This document shows, piece by piece, positions 52,931 to 64,000 of a DNA stretch of 64,000 nucleotides. Below the pieces are notes generated by a model. The model made no database searches and had not been told where the DNA came from. It was given only the letters and a program-made list of their open reading frames with translations. The DNA comes from Girardia tigrina (taxonomy: Eukaryota), in NCBI GenBank assembly GCA_001938485.1, contig MQRK01181483.1:17144-81143 (forward strand), given 5' to 3'. The position numbers were made by a program, and so were the translations under genes. Position 1 is the first letter of the stretch, and every line of letters starts with the position of its first letter.

Positions 52931-55250
52931 TTCTCGCAGACAGTCTAAAAACTTTAAACTAAATTCAAAATTTTATTACTTTTATTCTTGAATTTCTGAT
53001 GACAATCTTGTTTGTACGCGTCTTTATATAATTTTTAACGTAGCACAATTTCATTTTCAAAGTACATGAAATATCTTTCAAGGTATAGAGTTTCTAATAT
53101 GTTTGAAAGTATTTAGTAAAGGACATGTTTATCGTTTCAACTGTCAGAAAAATTCGTTTCAAAAATTAATTATTACAAGTATGAAAAACCAAAACCTATT
53201 AATCATTGGTGACTGTTTATACGTGACTAACCGCACCACTGATACCCACAACGGTCTTACATGTTGTTTACATATACTCAACATTGGTTTATGTCAACTG
53301 AGATTGTAAACCTACTGAAACGTTTAGGGGTAAATGTTACCATTCAAATCTTTATGAACGTTCGACACGTTAAAGAGTATCAAAGTAAATATCATCGATA
53401 CCACTAAAAAGATACGTACAAATCGTCAAAACAGAATATTTCCATTATAAAACTTAAAACTATTTAACATTCAATTAATTACATTACATAAAAAACAAAT
53501 ATGTAGGCAAATGATCGCAGTAACATATGAACTTAATATTGTTCTGTACATAATTAAAACACACATCAGAGTCACTCAAACGACTGTTTACAACCCACAG
53601 AATATGAAAATGTTTGTATTTAATGGCATATAGTTGATTACAAATGCAATTTTAAAACAAATGTCGGAAAGATTCATTTGTTTTTCATATAATATTGAAT
53701 TAATTTACGTTTCTTTTAATTTTTCTTACATTATAAATTGTAGTGATCCGAAAAACAAAAAAACTGACTTGTTTAAATAAATTAAATTAAAAATTTTAAA
53801 CGTGGGAATTCAAATGTGGTAAAAATGTCGTTGAAAATAAATTCTTTCGATTTCTTACTTTTTAATTTTTTAAATTGTAATCGAATGAAATCGAGCCGAC
53901 CAGAGATGCCGCCGCATTGTTCAGCGAATCGACATCCAGGCAACCAATTTTGACGCATGGAGTGGACACCGATCGATGCGACGCCGCCGACAGGACCAAC
54001 ATGCTTCGGCGAGCTGCTGTGGGCCGTTTGCGGCACCGACGCGCGCCCGCGTATGGGCCGTTGGAGACTGGAACCAACCGATCATGTCCGTCAGTGACAA
54101 TTTCCCGCACAATTAAGAGGTGCTGCTTGCCGCCACTCGGTTCGGCAGTCGGCAACATATATTTGTTCCAGATTGATTATATATATATTAATATTTAAAA
54201 GAAAAATATTAATATATTTATATCGTTAATTGTGAAAAATTGTTTTTTTAAATTACTTTTTATTTGTAAAAAATAATAATGTTTTGTAACTGGAAAATTC
54301 TAGAAAATTATGAGTTTTGTTTAAATAATATTGTTATTGAATCTGATCTCATTTGAATTTTATAAAGTTTGGATCAATAAAATTTGACTATCGGTTGAGT
54401 TTTCTGTCAAACAATGGAGTGGAAATTGAATTTCTAAAGCGCGATTGATTCTCCTGAGTCGATGTCCGATTTGAGAGCGGAAAATTGGATGTGCGTTAAG
54501 ACTCCATATTTTGCGTCGGTTGGTGTTACGATTTATTTGTCTTTGTGATGATCGGATCGAAATTAATGACCAATCAAACGGCGTTTAATTTAAAATTTGA
54601 CATAATATCCAACAATCTCATGTTGGTCATTTGGTCTTCGTATAGGCGGGTTTTGTTTGCAAGATACGCGCTTTTGAATACCGACGTTAATCTGTTCTGA
54701 TGTCCGGTCGATTACAGCGACGATCGCGCCTTGATAATATTACCCTGGGTTGTTTACATTTTCTATATCGCGAAGTTGGTGGAACTAATCTACACTGTAT
54801 TCATTATTCTTCAAAGAAAAACAACCAAATAGCATTTCTTCATGTCTACTATCAAGAGATAATGCCCCTTTTATGATGGCTTGCTTCGAAATTTGTTGCT
54901 GTCGGTGAAATGATGGATCTTTTGACCAAACACGACATCGGTGTTCCAGCTTTTTGAACCATTGATGAAATTGATAAATCATAGGGGACCAGAAATGTGG
55001 TTGTTAAAGCTTAGGTTCTAGGAAGAGGCTGTCAAGGGGACGCATTCCTATGGGCCCGAATGCGCCCAAAACATATTATTGGAATTCAGATGACACAATA
55101 CATTTATATGATCATAGGATGTGTTTTGATGTTTTCTTATATCCTCATCATACTAATTCGTTTTAAAAATTAATGAAAATATAAAATATTTAAATTAAAT
55201 TTGAATTAATCAAAACATTAGTGGTTAATAATGAAATTTTATTTAATTAA

Positions 55251-57262
55251 CAGTTGTCATACATTCTGGGGTCTCTCAGACCACAGGTTTAATAAAATGG
55301 AAATATTTCGTGAATTGAAATTATTTTATCAATATTTTTTTGACTTTTCCTAATTTAATATTGTCTCTTATTTAAAACTTAAAAAGTTATAAAAATGGTT
55401 TTCTGTTTTATTATTTTTGTTTATTTATAGTAAAGTATTTAATGGGGTCTGTGAGACCCCATTTAAACTATAGTAATTTCATAGATCCGAAATTGATCTA
55501 AAGTGACATGGTATCAGATTTTATCATTTTTTAATTTCAAATTCTATTTTATGATTTTGTTTTTTTTACTTTTATAATTTTCTTACAAATATATATATAT
55601 ATATATATATATTTCCGAGCAGAATGTCACGAATGTTATATCCTAAAGCAACTAAAGCCAGGGCAAATAGAAGGATCTACAACAAAATTTCATCTGACGA
55701 AGAAAGTGATGAATCTGTGAATTTTTGTCATGTATCTGTAGTAGAAGATGTTAATTCACAAAACGATGATGATAATCATCATGTCAACAGTGCTGATGAA
55801 AGAGATGGAACTTTACCAGAGAAAGTTCTCACACCACTTAGGGGTTTTCAAATCCCAATATCATCACCTAGAAGAATTATGATCAGAACGCGATGGTCTA
55901 CCAATAATTAGAGCTTCGACGAGTCATAAACGATTTTTACAAATAAAATGCATGCTACGATTTGATGACAAACGAACCTGGTCTCCAGAGGATTCATTTT
56001 CCCAAATTCGTAATGTCTTCAATTTGTTTATTGGAAAACTTTTTCAATATTATGAACCTTCTCTTTATTTGACTTTTGATGAGCAACTCATGGAATTTCA
56101 TGGAAGAGTGAAGTTTCGGCAATATAGTTCTAGCAAACCTGGAAAATTTAGAATCAAATTCTTCTGACTTTATGATACTAAATCAAACTATGTCCTCAAT
56201 GGCATTGCATACACTGTAAAAATACTTTAAATGATTCTGAAAAAAAATTTTACCCCGTTTGCTGAAGCACTTACTATGAAAATTATGCAGTATTTCCTCA
56301 ACATCGGTAGAAATCTCACAACAGACAATTGGTTTACGAGCTGTCAGTTGGCTGAAAATTTATTAGAGAAGAAGACTAAAATTGTTGGAAAAATTCGAAA
56401 AAGCTGCAGAGATATTCCTACAGAGTCTCCAAACATTGTTTGAAGAAATAAGAAGGATTCAAAATACTTTTTTCATTGGCCACTGTGTTTTATCAGCTAT
56501 TGGGACAAAACAAAGTCCCCTGTTCTTCTCTTGTCAACGATGCATGTAATGCCTGAAAATGTAAACAACAAACCAGAAATTGTGGCTTTTTACAATCAAA
56601 CAAAAGTCGGTGTTGACAACATGAACAGAAACGTTCGGTATTACAGTAGCAAGAGAAAATGTAGAAAATGGCCTTACGAAGTTGTTATGAATCTTATCGA
56701 CATTGCTGACATCAGCGCATCTGATTTTTTAGACCAAGTAACGTGAATCGTGAATGGCGAAGAGAATTCTCAAAAAACATTAGTTACAAACTTGTTGACC
56801 AGCATATCAATAGCCGTGTTACAAGTGGAAAAAATATGCGAAATCCAATTATTATTTTCTGGGTACGAATAATCCATAAAACCGACGTTGGAACTATGTC
56901 AACCTTCACAAGAAAACGATGCAATATTTGTCCAAGATCTTCTGATAAAAAAGCAAAACTTTTATGCATGATCTGTTACCGCTATATGTGCCTCCAGCAT
57001 AGAGGAATAATTTGTATTGGATGTTGCCAGAATGACTGAGATTTGTTTTGTGAAATCAAATCATTGATTATTTTGAGTTATTCCGAATCTTTTATACCTT
57101 TGGTTAACTTGTGGGATTTTCTTTAATAGACAAAGATTGAAATCGTCGTAGAAAAGGTGTTAATATATAAAAACGACAAATATATTGTCATCCATTGTAC
57201 ATAGGGTCTGTGAGACCCCAAAACGTACGCTAACGATATATTTTCTGGTTGAACGACAACGG
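55251..57262 (+). mobile_element. piggyBac transposon with pseudogenised transposase (55624-57039)
   Basis: TTAA TSDs at 55247-55250 and 57263-57266. Ends CAGTTGTCAT / ACGACAACGG. Subterminal palindromes GGGGTCTGTGAGACCCC. Motifs FDEQL, KPGKF, TDNWFTS, YNQTKVGVD and a C-terminal Cys-rich domain (CNIC...CMIC...CLQH...CIGC). Confidence 0.95.
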
Positions 57263-59044
57263 TTAAATATTTTAAGTAATATGAATAAAAACTCTTTGTA
57301 AAACAGAAAAAATATCTTTTTACATTCATGAGGTTTTATTCTTACAACACAATCGGTGATCAAAACCCTTACTTGATCGGTGTGACTGTGGATGCTCATT
57401 AATACAGATTTTTAAATGTACTTGAAATGTACAATTTTTGACACGTTTCAAGAAATTTCGATTCTCATAATCAGTAAATTCCATATCGATTGTCGAAATA
57501 CTGCATAAGTAATAAAATTTTTATTATCATTGTTAGGAATTAAAAATGCTATGAAAATTTTTGAAAGAAGGTCATATTAAATATGTACTAATTAAAATTT
57601 TTATATAATTAAATATCTAACGTTTGAAAAAATAAAATTACTAAAATTCAGAAGATCAATTAAATTGCTAATAATAAAAATATTTTTGAGAGTTTTTAAT
57701 ATAAAGTAAAATGTATAATTTTTATATGTGGAACGATTTAAAAAAAAGTTAATAAAATTAAACGAAACGATTACATATTTTAAAATGTTATCGTAATTTA
57801 AAATTGATTTATAAAAGTAATCAAATATGAATATTTATAAATATGTTTATTTATATCGGTTTAAGATTTATAAAACAAATTTTTTCTCAAAACAAATAAT
57901 AATTTTGTTTAAATATTAGATTTAAACATTTTTTGTGTGGTATAATAAAAGTTTTGATGTCAAAAATATTTCATAGTAATTGTGAGTAGGATTAGTTACA
58001 TAATAAATATTGCATGTTACTAACTAAAATAACTAAGATTAATTATGTAATAATTATTGTGTGATTGCTGATGAAATTGATTGTGTAAAGTCAGTTGTGA
58101 TGGTACAATAATATGGGTTAGTTGTTTGATATTGAATGTATGTTGATAGTATGCGTGTGTGAGAGTGTAAACCAATAAAATGCTTTAAAAATGTGAGTCA
58201 TAATAACATCACTATTTTCCCTATTAAATAGTCGAGATTATTGATATTGTGTTCTAATTAATAAATCTTAGAATCGGAATCAGTCATTTTATTTTAAATG
58301 GATAACAGTAGTAATTCCGACGATGTTCCAAGAACATCTAATAATCATTGAATGCTATCAATTTCCATTTACGAAAATGATATTTGTTTCTGTACTTTAA
58401 AGAGATTACAAGGACTGTGAAAAAAGTAGAAAATCGACGAAACAACAATAATCAATCTATGAGACTTTTTTAAGTGCCTCAAGACAACCCACAAAATTAT
58501 AGCTTTTAAGATCACTCACACATTTATTACAATTACAATTTGAAGCATCTTTGTGACAATCCTTAATAGTGCTTTCACTCATATCTCATCGTTTCGTTCT
58601 CATATCTCAAAATTTGAACTACCCTAAACCTTCATATTCTTTTAAAATTATTTACTACAAATTTTATTAAAATTAAAATGTAATTTACAAGAATTTCTCG
58701 ACATTGCATTTGCATTAGAGAGTTTTCTGCCTTATAAATATTCTATTCTCATATATATTTAGAATATATTTAGATTTATATTTAGATTTACAAAACTATT
58801 CGGGGTAGTATTCAACCCCGTATCAGTTTTCTTTCTGTAAATCTCAGTCGCATAAGAACCATTCTTTATATATTATTTTGATTTGATTTAAAATAAATTT
58901 AAAATTATTGGAAAATAGCGATCGGTGGATTGATTAAAAATTTAGGAAAAAGTTGAAAATTTTGTTTGAATAATTGTTATTAATAAATAAATAAATGGAG
59001 TTAAAATGACTTCTGATATTGTCGTTACAAATACTTCTCACACT

Positions 59045-59400
59045 CTCAAATCCAGATAAGATAATTTATTGTCGTTCTTGGTCTCCATAGTGAACTTTAC
59101 ATTTGAATGTAAAGAATTCATATAATTTAAAAATGGAGAGATCATTCTCATTGATAAAAATCAAGAAGACAACATCAACATATCGTTTATACGCAAACGG
59201 CTTCTGACCAGAAAATAAATCGATTTTATATTCAGTACTCGAAAGAAATATTGAAGCTAAAGTGGGAGTTAATGGTAAACCCATAGCTACTCCATCAACC
59301 TGTTTGTACCAGTCGCTGTTGAACAAAAAATTAACATCTGAAATGGCGAAAATCAGTTGTTTTGAAGATGACGGTTAATACGTCGAAATTAATAAACGTT
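59045..59400 (-). mobile_element. Penelope-like reverse transcriptase fragment
   Basis: YKQVDGVAMGLPLTPTLASIFL and KRYVDVVFLIF match PLE RT motifs. Confidence 0.85.
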
Positions 59401-59784
59401 TTCAATTGGCAAAGGGTGAATGAACTCCTTGAAGTAAACGGTTATCCATACCTGGAGAAGAGATATGCCCAACAGGTTACTTGCCTACCGAAACACTCAA
59501 AAATATACAAAATATAAGGCTTGTGCATAATTAGGTGCACTCACAGCCAAACGCCTGAGGTAAACAAATTTAATTAATCAGGATAAAATATCGTTTAAAT
59601 AAGATTTTCTTACCACTCTTTATATTCATTCTCTCAGTTTGTCTGTCTGTTTTTTTTCTGTTTGGATAAATCTTTTAGCCATCATTTATCAAACATTTCC
59701 TTGTCCGATAGATGTTAATTTTGCGAATTTATTTATTTCTTTATCTTTTTTTCAGTTTATTATTCATTTCTGATTACTTTGTAA

Positions 59785-59856
59785 TAATTTATAAAGATAT
59801 TCACTAATTATTATATTAATTAATTTATAAAGATATTCACTAATTATTATATTAAT
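59785..59856 (+). repeat. Perfect 36-bp tandem duplication
   Basis: TAATTTATAAAGATATTCACTAATTATTATATTAAT x2. Confidence 0.9.
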
Positions 59857-59943
59857 TAATCAATTTAATTGAAAAACACAAAAATTCGGGATAAAACCGA
59901 TAATCAGCAAGAAAACTTGAGACAAAATCATTATTCGTGTTAA

Positions 59944-60177
59944 CCCTTTCGCAGCTGCTGGGACACATATGTCCCAGTGAATGTTTCAAAAGGCTGTTGG
60001 GACATATATGACCCATCATAAAAGACGAATGGGATATATTTGTCCCAACCTCTCCAGCCCGCCCCCTGAATAAATTTCCAAAAAAAACTTTTAAATAATA
60101 AATTTCATACCGTAATAAACATTATATATTTAACAAAAATTATCTATAACTTAAAACGGAAAGCCGCTGCGAAAGGG
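59944..60177. mobile_element. piggyBac-type MITE (234 bp)
   Basis: TTAA TSDs, TIRs CCCTTTCGCAGC(T/G)GCT, and three internal GGGACATATATGTCCCA-like palindromes. Confidence 0.93.
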
Positions 60178-60732
60178 TTAAAATATGAATTCATAAAATT
60201 TCAGCGTGGTATTTAAAATATGTATTTTTATTTTTAATTAACTTGTTGAATTCCGAAGTTACAAATGAATTTACTTTGGTTTGAAGTTGAAAAACAAACG
60301 TTAATAAAACAATTTTGTCAAGTTTAACTTAAACAGAAAGAAAAAAAATATATTTTGAAGCTTTCAATAGATGTCATCAACCTAACAAAGTAAAAGCTTC
60401 TTGTTCTGAATTGTCTGAGAAAATTCACGAAATTTAGAATAACGCTGATGAGTTACAGTCTCATTTAAAATCAGATCTTTTGTTCACTGAATGCGAGAAG
60501 TAGCTGAAAAATGAAATGTGGTTTAGTAAAATCTTATAATCTCTGAATTAAGAAGAGTAGTGATTCATTTTCGGATAGACCAAGTGAACTTTTGAACCAC
60601 TAATCTGCGATTCAAGAAAATTGTGTTAAAATAATTATTGGTATTTTTTATTTCTGATTTAAATATTTTAAACTTGAAATTGTCTATAATGATCACAGTC
60701 TATCAAAGCATGTATAAAAATAATTTTCTTAA

Positions 60733-60971
60733 CCCTAGAAAGATAACCCGATGACTAAGTCCTGAAAAGATAACCATAAGTTTTAAATGAGCATACTTCT
60801 TGGACCTATGTATTTTATGTTAGTAAATTATTTTTATTTTATTTAATATAATCATTTTAATATAATCGACTGAGTTAACTGAAAAGTGAAGCTAAATTCA
60901 CGAACCGATTAAAGAGACAATGATTTGTTTACGACGCGAGAGCCTCTGAGATGTAGATTATCTATCTAGGA
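60733..60971. mobile_element. piggyBac-type MITE (239 bp)
   Basis: TTAA-CCCTAGAAAGATAAC ... GATTATCTATCTAGGA-TTAA. Confidence 0.85.
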
Positions 60972-63229
60972 TTAATCTAACTTTTTTCAATGTGAGACTT
61001 AAATAAGAATATTTTTCACTATTCATAGTTGTGAAGAATATTTTCTAATGGTGTTTATTGTTTCTTGTTCTGGGATAGTGTCTCTCCTATTAAGGTGGAA
61101 GATGGATATTTTGAATAACTTTTACATGTAAAATTATTAGATCAAAAATATTTCCAAATAATTATCGAATTTTTAATATTTCCTTAATTTAAAAATAATG
61201 ATAAATTTAATTATATTTTAATTTCTAAATAATGAAAATTTTTAATGTATGAAATATTTAATTAAGAAATTTATAATGTAAATATTGTTCGAATAATCAA
61301 TCTAGAGTGCCACATGCTTACTAGAGTTTCGTTAATGATTGTCCGGCAAATAATTCAAGTTGTTATACTAATAAAATGTCATAAAGCATATTAATGTTCA
61401 AATAAAGAGTTAATACAAAACAGAAGAAAATAATTTATATAGAAAACAGAAAAATAAAGATTTTTTTTATGTAAACCTTCCAAAATATCAAAGACTTCTC
61501 ACTTAAATTATAACTTGCACTTATTTATTTGTGATTGCGAAGTCCCAGATACTGAAAAGGAAAGACAAGGTCCTTCATAAAAAAGCCTTCTGGTGATACT
61601 TTTGACTTTTTGTTGGAATTTTGTTAATTTTCATCACATAAAATGTTGGACAATGAATGCGAATGTAATTCAATGATTCAAAGGATGATAAACAATGCCG
61701 GTTTGATTGAAGATCCCATGTCACCCCCAAATGTATTTCTATGACATTATTATAACGCTAAATAACACATTTTCCCCTATGGATCATTTTTATTGAAACC
61801 ATTATCCAGGAAATCTTTCAGAGAAAATAAATCATGGAAATTTAGTCTGGATTTAAAGCTAAAATATTTTACAAATGAATAATAAGAATCGCTAAAAATT
61901 TAATGAGAGTTAATAATTTACGTTATTTTTCATTAAACGATTTTGCAAATGGTATAATTAAATATACTCTTTATGGTTCTCACCGAAAATGTTGTGAGAA
62001 AAATAATATTATTATACATTCTTTAGGGTCAGTCTTGAAATGAAGTTTTTATTGCTTTTGTTCAAAGTATTTTGTCAATGGAATTTCTTGTAAAATATTA
62101 ATCATAATGCGACAAAAGTCTCAAATTAATGTTTGAAACCTAAATAATATCATGATTCCAATGGTCCTTCATCGAAGGTCTTCCTACTTGCAAACATTTA
62201 TTCGGTAAGTAAAGCTAGAAAACAAATCTTTTGTTAAATTTAATGACGGGGAACTATCAAAATCGGGGCTGAAAATTAGTAAGTTCATTAAATTAATTTT
62301 TTTGAATATTTATGCTGGGTTTAGAATATTTTAACAACTATGGGGTGTATAAACATGACTTTGTTCCTTTTAATCCTTTGTTATTATTAGCAATACTTGA
62401 AATATCTGATGGTGAGTGTAAAAGTAACGAATTTAATTTGAATTAACTGATATATAATAAATTCGCTACTCTTACTATAAAAAAAATAAATTAATGATAA
62501 ACCAACTAAGCTGACCAAAAAAAGATAGTTTTTGATAAACTTAGTTTTATAAAAAAACGCAGATACAAATTAAATAATATTCAGCAAAAAGAGTATCTTA
62601 GGTTACAACGACTAACCGTTTTAATCAAAAAACAATAACTCACAAGTAATATAGTTATTTACAAACTGTAAGTATCAAAACCGATATAATTAAATCACTA
62701 ATTGACCAAAAGTCCTTCTTGATGATGAACGGAATCGCACAAAAAAATTAGTTGGGTTTCTCTTCTTAATTACTATTGTCGAGAGGCAAATTCATCGTTG
62801 ACAAGCAATTGCTATTGACATTATTTCCAAGGAATTATTTTGTATAATGAATTCGATTTTACATTTTTCAATCGATATCATTTTTAATCATAAAAATAAC
62901 AATTAAGATTTTATGATATAATTTAATTATATTCCTTTCTTTCTTGACCTTCTTCTTTAACTTTTCTTGTTCTATATAAATTATTTTCTTTATAAATAGT
63001 CTTCTTTTCTCTTTCGTAACTTTAAATGTTGATAAAAATAAAAAGTAAAATATAAAAATATGAACAAAAAAATAGTCAGCCTCATACCAAAAAACAAATA
63101 CGTTTATATTTAGAAAAAAAGAATAAAAAAATACATGTAGTTGTCAGTATTCTGAGGTTATTACAATGAGCTTTCATAATTATTTATTTATTATTGATTT
63201 CTGGTTTAATTTTGATCTCTTTCAAATGT

Positions 63230-63435
63230 CAGACCTGATTCAACAAATTAACTTAAGTGACCTTAACGGTATAGATGACAGAGACCATAGACAACCCAAA
63301 AGAACATTTAAAAAGGAATAATTATAAACATTGCTGGAGGAAGACCCGAGTCAGACACAATCGGAATGGGCTGCTGCATTAAACTCAACCCTGTACTTAT
63401 ACACGTCTAAAAACAATGGAAGTGATTCACAAAAA
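63230..63435 (+). mobile_element. Mariner N-terminal remnant
   Basis: LLEEDPSQTQSEWAAAL...RLKTMEVI resembles the second HTH of mariner transposases. Confidence 0.6.
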
Positions 63436-64000
63436 AATTCATAAAAAACTCATTTTACATTGTATATTTACTTGAGACAAAAGAATTGACTAAGAAAATT
63501 CATAACTCGAACCGTTCACTAAAATCGAAAAGAATATTAATATTTCCAAGATTATGCATTTAATCTCCTAAAATTTAAAAATTTAGCTTAATATTTTCAC
63601 TGATGCCCTCTGTTTACTGCAATTAGTTTGTTTGAAGTGAGTTCTGAATGAAAAGGTTGGGCAATGAGGAATAGACATGCCATGGTCATTTTATATAATG
63701 AAAAGGTAATCGTACATTTCTCGCTCTCTTCAGAGAGAAGTTCGATTCGCATGAAAACAACCGAAATCGGAAATAAGTGGACCGCTTTCAAAGAACCCGA
63801 CATCTTCCTTTGAGGAATCCTTTTGTTTCGTAAAAAAGAGATGAAGATTGAAGCTTCCACAATTAAGTTAATAAAGTAATAATATTAAAATATAATATTA
63901 AAATAATAAATAATAATATAATATTAAAATTAATCAAGGAAAAAGTAATAAAAATGGTTCTTTGAAAAAGATTGAAGTGACATTATATAGTAATAAAACA

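Noticed and set aside
53782-54198. Four overlapping ORFs as protein-coding genes
   Set aside because: Expected from stop-codon depletion in a GC-rich patch; no domain signal.
61540-63860. Coding-like patches at 61540-61900 and 63597-63860 (also 28440-28760 and 37000-37600)
   Set aside because: Probably old TE debris, but I could not read any diagnostic motif or splice-consistent frame.

Overview
This is eukaryotic, very AT-rich genomic DNA with three assembly gaps. The composition, short AT-rich introns and TE inventory suggest a flatworm such as a planarian, but that is inference. About half of the window is recognisable transposon debris: several mariner (DD34D) copies, a nearly intact long-TIR DD41D (rosa/Visitor-like) element, piggyBac, hAT and MULE elements with clean TSDs, Ty3/Gypsy pieces, a solo LTR, two halves of NeSL/Utopia/R2-type RLE retrotransposons, and three Penelope-like fragments with hammerhead-like motifs. 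One host gene can be assembled on the minus strand from four phase-1 exons (25254-24829, 22939-22877, 22701-22585, 14223-13499). It encodes an apparent single-pass receptor: an Ig-like domain with an unusual 6-Cys insert, an S/T-rich stalk, a TM helix and a long Tyr-bearing disordered tail. Its first (signal peptide) exon could not be located. Two unclassified dispersed repeat families with a sharp TGTGAG terminus recur about 11 times. No rRNA, tRNA, CRISPR array or prokaryotic-type system was seen.
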